From positions 1 through 32,658 of the IMG/VR virus record IMGVR_UViG_3300008255_000313: a stretch of 32,658 nt of DNA. The stretch is one strand, 5' to 3'. Source of the stretch: a virus (lineage: Duplodnaviria > Caudoviricetes). This document shows positions 9,527-19,600 of the stretch, piece by piece. Each line of letters begins with the position of its first letter. The stretch's first letter is position 1. A program made the position numbers and the translations under genes. Under the pieces are notes generated by a model. It was not told where the DNA came from, did no database searches, and saw nothing but the letters and a program-made list of their open reading frames with translations.

Positions 9527-10909
9527 ATGAGTACTGAAGACGTAAATCATGTAACTGATATTATTGGTGATGGTAATTATCAAGAGAAAGTTGTTCAATC
9601 ATTACTGGTTGATCACGAGTATGCTGATCAGATGTGTGATGTTCTTCACCCTGATTTTTTTAGTCAGGATTATCTTAAAGAGATAGTTTCACATTTGTTT
9701 AATTATAGACAGAAGTACAATTCATTTCCTTCTATAGAAATACTTCAAGATATAATTAAAAGAAAAACAACAAATGAGTTGATTGAATCACAGACTAATG
9801 CGTTTATTGCTAAAATAAAGCAGCATCCGTTGAACGGTGATGCTGGTTACATTAGAGATACTTCTATTGACTTCTGTAGAAAGATGTCTATTAAAGAAGG
9901 TATGATGCATGCGCTTGATGCTTTAGCAGATAATAACTTTGATAGCATCGTAAAGATTATCATGGACTCTGTAGTTAAGGGTGCATCACGGGACATGGGA
10001 CATGATTATATGCAGGGCTTTGCCAGACGCTCTGAGAAGAGTATCAGAGCTCCAGTTGCAACTCCGTGGCCAGTACTCAATAAAATATTTGGTGGTGGCT
10101 GGGAACGCAAGACACTCTCTACATTCATTGCTCCAACCGGTGCAGGTAAGACACACTTCCTTTGTAACGTTTCTGCTGGCGGAATTGAGATGGGACATAA
10201 CGTATGCTACATTTCTATGGAAATCGCAGATTATAAAATTGGTATTAGACATGATGCATATTTTTCTGGTATCAACATTGGTCATATTCCAGATGAAACA
10301 GAGAGAGTTCAAAAGGAAGCTGAGTCTAAAGTTAAGGGAAGACTTTTCATTAAAGAATTTCCAACAAAGATGGCATCTGTTCAAACGATCAGAACATATC
10401 TTAATCGTTTGAAAGCAATGAATAACTTTGTACCAGATATAGTTGTTATTGACTATGCAGATCTTTTAAGATCAGCTAAAACATATGGTGAACGTCGTCA
10501 TGATCTTGAAAGTGTTTATGAAGAACTACGTGGTCTTGCTCAAGAAATGAATCTTGTTGTGATTACTGCAGACCAAACAAATAGAAGTGGTCTTAACGCA
10601 GAGATTATAACTCTTGAAGCAATCGCTGAATCATATGCTAAAGCTACAGTATGCGATTTGATTTTGACAATCAGCAGAAAAGTTGAAGATAAGAAAACAA
10701 ATTCAGGTAGATTGTTTATAGCTAAATCTCGTTTAGGTCCTGATGGTATTGTTTATCCGTTCTTAATGGATCCTGCAAAAGTTAAAGTAAGAATATTAGA
10801 TCAAACTGAAGAGGTTGAGGATATTTTTTCTAGGAGTAAAGAACAAGCTAAAGAAACTCTTAAGAATAGATTTGATCAACTTATGAGTAAAAAAGTAGAA
10901 AAAGATTAA
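9527..10909 (+). CDS. Replicative SF4 helicase (gp41/DnaB-like)
   Basis: APTGAGKT Walker A, YISME, IKEFPT, IDYADLL Walker B, ELRGLA, QTNRSG, AESY, AKSRLG. Confidence 0.92.
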   Translation: MSTEDVNHVTDIIGDGNYQEKVVQSLLVDHEYADQMCDVLHPDFFSQDYLKEIVSHLFNYRQKYNSFPSIEILQDIIKRKTTNELIESQTNAFIAKIKQHPLNGDAGYIRDTSIDFCRKMSIKEGMMHALDALADNNFDSIVKIIMDSVVKGASRDMGHDYMQGFARRSEKSIRAPVATPWPVLNKIFGGGWERKTLSTFIAPTGAGKTHFLCNVSAGGIEMGHNVCYISMEIADYKIGIRHDAYFSGINIGHIPDETERVQKEAESKVKGRLFIKEFPTKMASVQTIRTYLNRLKAMNNFVPDIVVIDYADLLRSAKTYGERRHDLESVYEELRGLAQEMNLVVITADQTNRSGLNAEIITLEAIAESYAKATVCDLILTISRKVEDKKTNSGRLFIAKSRLGPDGIVYPFLMDPAKVKVRILDQTEEVEDIFSRSKEQAKETLKNRFDQLMSKKVEKD

Positions 10910-10925
10910 TAGGAGATATTGTCAA

Positions 10926-13601
10926 TTGGAAGACTATGCACCAAGCGATTTTGCTAATAAAATTTTTAAAATGCGTTATGCACTTCATGAAAATGAAGAA
11001 TGGGATGAAGCGTGTGAAAGAGTTTCCAATCATGTTTCTACTGCCGAGAATGGAGAAAACATAATAAGATTTAGAGAAGAAACAAATGAAATTCTTAAGA
11101 AAAATCTTTTTATGCCAGGCGGCAGAATATGGTATGGAGCAGGTCGTGCCAAGGGACAATTACTTAATTGTTTTGTTGTGCCCACGGAAGACTCGAGAGA
11201 AGGCTGGGGACAAACTGTAAGTGATTGCATTGTTATATCTGGTGTTGGAGGTGGTGTAGGAATTAATTGCTCACCTATCAGACCTAGAGGTTCTGCTATT
11301 AACGGATCAGGTGGTACTGCCACTGGTGCAGTATCTCTTATGGAAATTATAGATGCTGCAGGAACAGTTATTAAAGCTGGTGGTGGAAGACGAACTGCGT
11401 TAATGCTATGTCTTAATCTTTCGCATGGTGATCTGTTAGAGTTTCTTGATAAGAAGCTTGATTTAAATAAACTTAATAATGCAAATGTTTCAGTTGTATT
11501 TGATAGAAGCCCCGAAGAGTTTTTTGAGAAGGTAAAAAATAACGGAATGTTTCAGTTTACTTTTCGTAATAAAGTTATATCTGAAATTCCTGCAAGAGAA
11601 GTTTGGAATAAAATAATTAAAAATGCATTGCAAGGTGGTGAACCAGGTTTACTTAATATGCATTATGCTAACAAAATGAGCAATGTGTGGTATTGGAAAC
11701 CACTAATTAGTACAAATCCCTGTATTACTGGAGATACTATGATAGCTACTGCAGATGGTAGAAATGCAGTGTCTATTAAACAGTTAGCTAAAGAAGGAAA
11801 AGATATTCCCGTATATTCGACGAATACCGAAACAGGTAAAGTTGAAATAAAGATGGGTAGAAATCCCAGAAAAACTGGCAGTAATAGAGAAGTTTGGAAA
11901 TTAACATTAGATAATGGAACTATTTTAAGAGCAACTCCAATTCACAAGATAATGAAACGAGATCTTCAGTATGTAGAACTTAAAGATTTACAACAAGGAG
12001 ATAGCATATTTCCATTTAATTCATTTGATTCAAATGGTTACAGACAAGTGACAAATACTGGAAAAAAAATGTCGGGAGGGGCTAGAAGAAATAGGAGACA
12101 GTATAGATTAATTCATGAATATTTTAATGGTCCGGTTGATGCTAAGCAGTTTCATATTCATCATGCTGATTATAATAAACTAAACGATTCAGTTAGTAAT
12201 CTTGTATGCATGAAAAAAGAAGATCATACAAGATTGCATGCAGACAGAATCATAGGAAAATTAAATCCTTATCACAGAATGACTAGCAGATGGAAAAAAA
12301 TGTTTGCATCACATCCAGGAGAATCTAATGGTCGATATTCAGGAATTACAAACAAACAATTATTAGAGCACGGAAGAAAATTATTTAATCAGAAGGGTAA
12401 GGTTACTCAAGAATTATGGATAGAGTATGCTAAAGAAAATAAATTGCCGCAATCCTTAGGCAATAATTTTAGATTTGGAAAATTTACTAATTTTAAAAAT
12501 CAAATTTCTAATAATCATAAAGTTGTATCTGTAGAATTTGATTGCTATGAAGATGTATACAACATTACCGTTGATGATAATCACAACTATCATGTTATAA
12601 CTTCAAGTAATGATAAAAATTATGTGACTTCTTCTGGTATATGTGTTAAGAATTGTGGGGAAGTTTTTTTACCAGAGTACGCCTGCTGTGATTTAGGAGC
12701 TTTAGTATTACCACGGTTTGTTACTGGTCGTGGAATTGAATGGGATCTACTAAAAGATACTGTTAAAAAGTCTGTTAGGTTTTTAGATAATGTTTTAACA
12801 ATAAATAATTATCCTCTTAAGCAGATTGCAGAGACATGTAAAAATGAAAGACGTATTGGTCTTGGTGTGATGGGTTTGCATGATGTTTTATTACTTAACG
12901 GAATGAGTTACAACAGTCCTGAAGGATTAGAGCTTGTTGATAAACTTATGAACAACATTAAAAACTACGCATACGAAGCGTCTGTTCAGCTTGCTGAAGA
13001 GAAGGGAAGCTTTCCTATATTCGATGCGGAGAAGTTCTTGAAATCTAATTTCGTTAAAACTTTAAGACCAACCATACGGAAGAAGATTTTAGAAAAGGGT
13101 ATACGTAATTGCGCTCTTCTTACAATCGCACCAACAGGAACTACTTCACTTGTTTGTGGAGTCACATCAGGTCTTGAACCAATGTTTGCTCCAGCATATG
13201 AACGTAGATATTTTGAGAATGATGAAAGAAAAACTGAGATTGTAGTTCATCCACTATTTAAAAAATTTATAAATGAGAAAAAAGATGTCTCTCACTTTCA
13301 AGGTTCACATGATATATCTTTACGTGATCACTTCGAGATGCAGAGAATATGTCAGAAGCATGTAGACAATGCAGTTTCTAAAACTATCAATGTGCCTCAA
13401 GGAACTTTAGAGGAAGAACTTTCAGATCTTTATATGGAATATTTTCCAGAGCTTAAGGGTGTAACAATTTATCCTGAAGGCAGTAGGGAAAATCAACCGC
13501 TTACACCAATATCGTTAGAAGATGCTGTTGTATATGCCAATGAAGCAAAATCAGAATCTACTGCAATAGATTCATGTAAAGATGGAATGTGTGAGATTTA
13601 A
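10926..13601 (+). CDS. nrdJ: Ribonucleotide reductase, probably class II (B12-dependent), intein-containing
   Basis: TTG start with AGGAG SD; PGGRI, LLNCFV, GGGRRTA, NANVSV, GEPG, NP|CGE, RRIGLGVMGL, TIAPTGT, SGLEP, VSKTIN, C-terminal CKDGMC; no ATP cone and no small-subunit gene in the window. Confidence 0.88.
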   Translation: MEDYAPSDFANKIFKMRYALHENEEWDEACERVSNHVSTAENGENIIRFREETNEILKKNLFMPGGRIWYGAGRAKGQLLNCFVVPTEDSREGWGQTVSDCIVISGVGGGVGINCSPIRPRGSAINGSGGTATGAVSLMEIIDAAGTVIKAGGGRRTALMLCLNLSHGDLLEFLDKKLDLNKLNNANVSVVFDRSPEEFFEKVKNNGMFQFTFRNKVISEIPAREVWNKIIKNALQGGEPGLLNMHYANKMSNVWYWKPLISTNPCITGDTMIATADGRNAVSIKQLAKEGKDIPVYSTNTETGKVEIKMGRNPRKTGSNREVWKLTLDNGTILRATPIHKIMKRDLQYVELKDLQQGDSIFPFNSFDSNGYRQVTNTGKKMSGGARRNRRQYRLIHEYFNGPVDAKQFHIHHADYNKLNDSVSNLVCMKKEDHTRLHADRIIGKLNPYHRMTSRWKKMFASHPGESNGRYSGITNKQLLEHGRKLFNQKGKVTQELWIEYAKENKLPQSLGNNFRFGKFTNFKNQISNNHKVVSVEFDCYEDVYNITVDDNHNYHVITSSNDKNYVTSSGICVKNCGEVFLPEYACCDLGALVLPRFVTGRGIEWDLLKDTVKKSVRFLDNVLTINNYPLKQIAETCKNERRIGLGVMGLHDVLLLNGMSYNSPEGLELVDKLMNNIKNYAYEASVQLAEEKGSFPIFDAEKFLKSNFVKTLRPTIRKKILEKGIRNCALLTIAPTGTTSLVCGVTSGLEPMFAPAYERRYFENDERKTEIVVHPLFKKFINEKKDVSHFQGSHDISLRDHFEMQRICQKHVDNAVSKTINVPQGTLEEELSDLYMEYFPELKGVTIYPEGSRENQPLTPISLEDAVVYANEAKSESTAIDSCKDGMCEI
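11721..12653 (+). mobile_element. Intein (311 aa) with HNH endonuclease inserted in the RNR NPCGE motif
   Basis: Starts CITGDT after STNP; block B ATPIHKIM; HNH HIHHADYNKLNDSVSNL; block F DVYNITVDDNHNY; ends VKN followed by CGE. Confidence 0.9.
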
Positions 13602-13631
13602 TTGTATTTTAATTTGAGACTGTTATATAAT
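13602..13631 (+). promoter_or_regulatory. Putative sigma70-like promoter
   Basis: TTGTAT-N18-TATAAT in the gap between the RNR and DHH genes. Confidence 0.5.
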
Positions 13632-13646
13632 AATCACAGATAAATC

Positions 13647-14564
13647 ATGTCTATAACAACAAATATAAAGAAAACCCTTTTAGTAACCCATAAAGATTGT
13701 CCTGACGGTTGTGGTTGCGCAGTAATATTTCGTGCTGCTGGTGGATTAAAAGAAAATATTAAGTTTGTTCCAGCAGGTAGAGGTGTAGAAACATTCTTTA
13801 AAAAGAATAGTGATTTTATTAATAGCTTTGATAAAATTCTTTTAGCTGATGTTGCTCCTAATGAGAAGACTGCAGAAAAGATCGAGAAGGAATTCTCACA
13901 TGTTTATTGTATAGATCATCATAAGTCTGCTAACTTCTTATATGGAAGAGATTGGTGCAACATTGACATGGAAAGGTGTGGTACATATCTTCTATTTGAT
14001 TACTTGTTTGGCAAGTTTGATCCAGCTGAACCAGTTATTGGTGAAGCTCCCTTAATGAAAGCATCACTGCACACATTCGCAATTCTAACAAATGATCGTG
14101 ACATGTGGCTTAAGCAACACAGAAAATCTAATGAGATGTCCTTAATGATGGATTTTCTTGGATTAGAAAGATATGTTGAACGAGCAATGGAAGACTTTTT
14201 TATGAAGCCATGGAAAGATCATGAACATGAATTGCTAGAAATTCTTGCTGAAAAGAAAGATAAGTACATCGAAAGCAGAATTAAAGACACACGTCTCTCT
14301 GAAAGAGATGGTATTAAATACGGAACAGTATTGATAAGCAATCATCAGTCTGACGTCCTAAACAGAATTATTGAAGTTTATGATGTTGATTGTGCGATTG
14401 GAATTAAATTAGATGGCACAGGTATGGTAAGCGTAAGATCAAAAGATACGTTTGACGCTGCTGAATTTTGTGCTAAATATAGTGGTGGTGGTCATGCTCG
14501 TTCAGCTGGTCACCCTATTGATAATAAAACTATAGAAGAAATACTTGAAGTTATTCATCCTTAA
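13647..14564 (+). CDS. DHH-family phosphoesterase (NrnA/NrnB-like)
   Basis: THxDCPDG, LADV, IDHH, DRDMW, VSVRS, GGGHARSAG (DHHA1). Confidence 0.88.
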   Translation: MSITTNIKKTLLVTHKDCPDGCGCAVIFRAAGGLKENIKFVPAGRGVETFFKKNSDFINSFDKILLADVAPNEKTAEKIEKEFSHVYCIDHHKSANFLYGRDWCNIDMERCGTYLLFDYLFGKFDPAEPVIGEAPLMKASLHTFAILTNDRDMWLKQHRKSNEMSLMMDFLGLERYVERAMEDFFMKPWKDHEHELLEILAEKKDKYIESRIKDTRLSERDGIKYGTVLISNHQSDVLNRIIEVYDVDCAIGIKLDGTGMVSVRSKDTFDAAEFCAKYSGGGHARSAGHPIDNKTIEEILEVIHP

Positions 14565-14572
14565 GGAACACT

Positions 14573-15574
14573 ATGAGAGATATTATTGGTAGTTCTTTGG
14601 TTAGAGATTCGTTCGATGAGTTATTGTATAATGTACTCGTTGACTTCGATCATCCTGACTTTGTCTGTAATCCTAGAGGTAGCGAAGTAAAAGAAATAAT
14701 ACTTCCTCGTCTTTGTCTATCTTCTCCAAGAAGTAGACTCTTAACAAATATAAAGCGTAAAGCGAATTATGGTTTTGCTGTTGGAGAATTTCTCTGGTAC
14801 TGGAGAGGTTCAAATTCTCTTGAAGATATATCATATTATAATAAAAGAATGTCTGGATTCTCTGATGACGGACTTACTATCAATTCTGCATATGGTTATA
14901 TTGTTAAAGGTAAAGCCGCTGAGAATCAGATTAATAATAGAACATTGATTGTTAGTCATGTTAATAGTGCATTGATTTATGATCAGTGGAGTATATGTGT
15001 TAATACATTAAAGAACGATAGTGATTCAAGAAGAGCAATACTTCAAATTCATCAGCCTGTTCATCAATGGCATGCCAATGAAAATGGATCAAAAGATGTA
15101 CCATGTACACTATCACTTCAGTTCTTTATAAGAGAGAACAAACTACATTGTCATGCTCATATGAGATCAAATGATGTGCATTGGGGTTTGACATATGATT
15201 TGTTTTCATTCACTCTCTTTCAGGAATGCATGCTGCTTGAACTTAAAGAATATTATCCAAAGCTTGAGCTTGGTAGATACTTTCATACTGCAGGATCACT
15301 TCACATTTATTCTCATCACTATGATCTAACAAAGGAAATGATTAATGAATATAGACGTATGCTAACTACATGGAGAAAAGATTGGGATAAGACACGCTTT
15401 ATTGAACCAATGGATCCACTAGAGAGTATCGATGACATAAATAATTTAATGGTATTTGAAAAACAATTACGCGAAGGTAACACAGTAGAAAAACATAATT
15501 TTACTGGAACAGTTGGTTGGATGGCTGATCAACTACTTGAGCATAAAATTAAACGTAACAAAGAAAAGAAGTAA
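14573..15574 (+). CDS. Thymidylate-synthase homologue, likely dCMP-modifying (gp42-like hydroxymethylase)
   Basis: EFLWY, SAYG, DSRRA, DVPC178TL, R198SND, GSLHIY. The residue 11 after the RS Arg is Asp209 (codon 15197), as in T4 gp42 D179, not Asn as in E. coli ThyA N177. Confidence 0.82.
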   Translation: MRDIIGSSLVRDSFDELLYNVLVDFDHPDFVCNPRGSEVKEIILPRLCLSSPRSRLLTNIKRKANYGFAVGEFLWYWRGSNSLEDISYYNKRMSGFSDDGLTINSAYGYIVKGKAAENQINNRTLIVSHVNSALIYDQWSICVNTLKNDSDSRRAILQIHQPVHQWHANENGSKDVPCTLSLQFFIRENKLHCHAHMRSNDVHWGLTYDLFSFTLFQECMLLELKEYYPKLELGRYFHTAGSLHIYSHHYDLTKEMINEYRRMLTTWRKDWDKTRFIEPMDPLESIDDINNLMVFEKQLREGNTVEKHNFTGTVGWMADQLLEHKIKRNKEKK

Positions 15575-15575
15575 T

Positions 15576-15974
15576 ATGAGTGATATAGTTAATGTAATTA
15601 ATTTTAAACGTTCTGACAAAGTTTTACTAATTGGCTGCCCAAATCTTTCTTTTATTAAAAAATATGTAAAAGATGTTGTGGCAGTTGAAAAGCTTTCAAA
15701 TCTTAAAAGAAAGTTTATTAAAGAGAATCATTTTCAAAAGGTCATCTTCTCTGAGGAAGGACTTGATCCTACGAATACAAATCTCTCCAATCAACTTAAT
15801 ACTGCAGCATCTATGAGTGAAGATGTTATGGTTCTTATGTCAGATAACGCAGAGTTGAGAGAGGAAACTGCATCTGATATAGAAGCTTATTGGTATCCTC
15901 AAGGTGAATGTTGGGATCTTAAATCTAATATTGGTGACTGTCTTGTTATGAAAGTAAAAGGTTCAAGATGGTAA
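15576..15974 (+). CDS. Hypothetical protein, possibly degenerate Rossmann/methyltransferase-like fold
   Basis: Likely start is the ATG at 15576, just after the TS stop; DKVLLIGC...VVAVE...FQKVIF strand pattern. Confidence 0.6.
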   Translation: MSDIVNVINFKRSDKVLLIGCPNLSFIKKYVKDVVAVEKLSNLKRKFIKENHFQKVIFSEEGLDPTNTNLSNQLNTAASMSEDVMVLMSDNAELREETASDIEAYWYPQGECWDLKSNIGDCLVMKVKGSRW

Positions 15975-16342
15975 CAAGCTTGGATAAACTAGAAGAAATG
16001 TTTAAGCGACAGCTTGAGTTTATGGAGATGCTTGAGTCTGCAGACAAGCTTCCACCATGGCCAGTTGATCTTACAACTAAGAGTGGTCAACGAATGATTA
16101 AAGAACTTGCCCATGAACTTCATAGTGAATTATGGGAAGCAACATATACTCTTAAGAATAAAACTCATAGACTAACAAACGATACTGAGTTTAATAGAGA
16201 TCATTATGTTGAAGAACTCGGTGATGTGCTAGCATACTTTATGGAAGTCTGTATTATGTCAGACATTTCATATGATGAATTGTATAAAGAATATTGTAGA
16301 AAAAACGAAGTAGTAAAGAAAAGATTTAAGGATGGATATTAA
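15968..16342 (+). CDS. All-alpha dCTPase/dUTPase (T4 gp56 / dimeric dUTPase-like)
   Basis: LEEMFKRQ, SELWEA, EELGDVL, C-terminal YCRKNEVVKKRFKDGY (Y..KN....R...GY signature). Confidence 0.78.
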   Translation: MVTSLDKLEEMFKRQLEFMEMLESADKLPPWPVDLTTKSGQRMIKELAHELHSELWEATYTLKNKTHRLTNDTEFNRDHYVEELGDVLAYFMEVCIMSDISYDELYKEYCRKNEVVKKRFKDGY

Positions 16343-16685
16343 AATGAAATTACCAGTAGTATTGTTTCAAGATGGTGAGTACAGATTTGTTGCACTTAAA
16401 ACTACAACTGAGAAGCCAGCAATTCATGCAGCAAAATGGATTTTAAATAGTGGGTACGGAGAATTTTATCATGTAGTTTCTGAGAAGAAATCAATTGATT
16501 CCCTTGGTGGTGAAAAGTGGGATCAGTGTAATACTCAAGAAGCACAAGAAAATATTGTGAGGGTTTTGCTTCTTAAAGGATTAGGGTCAACATCTTCTTC
16601 TCCTAAGAAATTATTAACTGAAGAACAAACTACAACAGTATCAAAATCTGTGTCACAATCGCAATCAAAGAAATCTCAAGAGTAA
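16332..16685 (+). CDS. Hypothetical protein
   Basis: 117 aa ORF overlapping both neighbours; Ser/Thr/Gln-rich tail. Confidence 0.65.
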   Translation: MDIKMKLPVVLFQDGEYRFVALKTTTEKPAIHAAKWILNSGYGEFYHVVSEKKSIDSLGGEKWDQCNTQEAQENIVRVLLLKGLGSTSSSPKKLLTEEQTTTVSKSVSQSQSKKSQE

Positions 16686-19600
16686 TGTCGAGCTCACCTA
16701 AAGAGTTTAGTAGTATTCACAATCATTCACACTACTCTTTAATGGATGGTTTGTCTCGTCCTGAAGAAATGGTACTCACTGCAAAGGAAAAGGGTCTTAA
16801 GTCTATAGCGCTAACTGATCATGGTCATATGCATGGCACAGCAGACTTTTATCTTCATGGTAAGAAGCATGACGTAAAAACAATCTATGGTGTTGAAGCA
16901 TATTGTATTGATAGTTTAGAGCAATGGGTTGAAGCTCATGCTGCATATGCTGATGATAGAAAACGTATTAAGGCAGAAGATTCAATAGATGATGATGCTA
17001 CCAATTTAAATATTGACGGCAAACGAAGAGAACTATATCGAAAAGGACATCTTGTTCTTCTAGCACAAAATCAGCAAGGACTTGAGAATCTTTATGAGCT
17101 AACTCATCGTGCTCATAAGGATGGTATGTATATGAAACCTCGCATTGATAAGAAGATGCTAGGTGAATTGGGCGAAGGCATTGTTGCATCTTCAGCATGC
17201 ATGGGCGGAGTTATCGCAAATAAGTGTTGGGCCCTTAAGAATGGTGACATTGAGTGGAAAGATGTTGTTAAAGAAGCTGAAGAGTTTCGTAGTATATTCA
17301 ATGATAGATTCTTTCTAGAGCTTCAGTTTAATGAATCTGATAGTCAAAGGTATATCAATGAGTGTATCATTAAGATCCATAGAGAGACTGGTATTCCTCT
17401 TGATGTGACATCAGATGCGCACTACATTAATCCTGATGATTGGGAAGCTCAAGAGATTCTTTATATGCTTCGTGGAAATAAAACAGTAAAGACACGAGGA
17501 GATTCTTGGGATTTCAATATTAAGCAGCTTTATATTAAATCAGCTGATGAGATGTGGGAAGCATACAAGTTGTATGGTGGTAATGCTGATGAGAGTATTG
17601 TAAGACAGGCTTTTGATAACACACTTCTTATTGATAGCATGATCTCAGACTTTGAACCAGATACTCATCAAAGACTTCCAACTCTTGATTATGAGAGTCC
17701 ATATAAAAAGCTGGGTGAGTTAGCAATTAAGAGAATGAAAGAGCTTGGTTTAGATTCGAACAAACAATATAAAGAACGTTTCCTCCATGAGATGAAACTG
17801 ATAAGGGATAAAGGCTTTGCAGAGTATTTTCTCATTATGCGTGCCATCATTAGGAAAGCAAAGAAACAGATGCTTGTGGGCCCCGGTCGAGGGTCAGCTG
17901 CAAGTTCTCTTGTGTGTTACCTTAATGGTATTACTGATCTCGATCCTATTAAACATAATTTATTATTCGAACGATTTATTAACCCTGATAGATTGGAGCT
18001 TCCTGATATTGATACAGACTTTCAGGACTCTGAAGAAGCACGAGAGATGCTACGAGAAATGTTTGGCGAAGATAATGTTGCATGCATCTCTACCTACAAC
18101 ACGTTTAATATCAAAGGATTACTTAAAGACTTAGGTAGGGTATATGATCTCAATAATAGTGAGATCAATCAAGCAAACAAAAAGATTGAAGCAGAACTTA
18201 GAGTCTTATACGCCGATCAAGATAAATCAACTATCGTTATTAATCACGAAGATATCGAAAGAGTCTCTCCAACTTACAGAGGTCTTGTCGAAAAGTTTCC
18301 CGAGCTGGGTAAGAATATCAAGAAATTATATGGACGAAACCGTCACGTTGGTCGACATGCATGTGGGGTTGTCATCGGTGATAATCTTAAGCGAGAGATG
18401 GCTCTATTCACATCAAAAGGAATTTTGCAGACATCATTTACTCAAGGAATTATTAATAAGAACGTAGAGGAGATGGGGTTTATTAAGTTTGATTTACTCT
18501 CACTTTCAACTTTGTCTGTGATTGATCGTTGTCTTAAACTTATTGGCTCTCGTCATGACATGGAGTATGATGAGGCGTATAAATTAATTGATCCAACATT
18601 TATGGACATTAATGATCCCGAAGTTATTAAGACTGTATTTGTTGATGGAAACTTTACAGGTATATTTCAGTTCACGAATAAAGGTATTCGCAAAGTTTCA
18701 ATGAGAATCAAGCCTGACTGTTTTAATGATGTGTCAGCAATTGGAGCACTGTATCGTCCTGGTCCATTGAAGTCTAACATGGATAAGTTGTATGCAGACT
18801 ATAAACATAACCCTGAACTCGTAGAGTGGCTCCATCCATTGATGGAAGACATATTAAAAGAGACTCATGGTTGTCTTGTGTATCAGGAGCAGATGCTTAA
18901 TATTGGTACACAGGTTGGTAAGTTGTCTATGAAAGATACTAACCGACTTCGTAAACTTCTTCTTAAGAAAGACAAATCTAAAAAGGATGATTATCTTCAA
19001 GCAGAAAAGAAAGAACTGATAGACAAGTTTGTTACCGGCTGTAAAGAGAATGGGTTGGAGAAAAGTAAGGCCATTACTCTCTGGGAAATGCTGGAAGCCT
19101 TCGGTGGGTACGGATTTAATGCCGCACATGCCAAGTCCTACGGAATGATTTCGATGCAGACAGCTTATCTGAGAACGTATTATCCTCTTGAATTTTACTG
19201 TGCATTATTAACTGAGGGAAAAGCAGATGATCTGCAATCATATGTTGATGACATTAAAAGACAGGGGTTCGAAATTCTTCCTGTAGATATTAATCAATCT
19301 AAAGAAGTTCATACTATTGAAGGAAAATCAATACGTCTGGCACTTGGTTCAGTACTAGGTGTTGGTGAATCTGCAGCTAAGAAAATTGTTAAGCAGCAAC
19401 CATACGATGATTTTATGGACTACCTGTATAAAACTGGTGGATCAAAGACTGCAACGCTTCCGCTTATAAAGGTTGGTGCGTTTAGAAGTCTTAGCAGTAA
19501 TGTAGCAGAGACAGAAGCTCGCTATGAACTGTGGGTTGACAATCCTAAACTTAAAACGAAAAAATTTCGTCCTGATTTTGAGGAGAAATATTTTGATATC

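Noticed and set aside
14573-15574. Calling this gene thyA
   Set aside because: The specificity residue is Asp rather than Asn, and the context points to dCMP modification.
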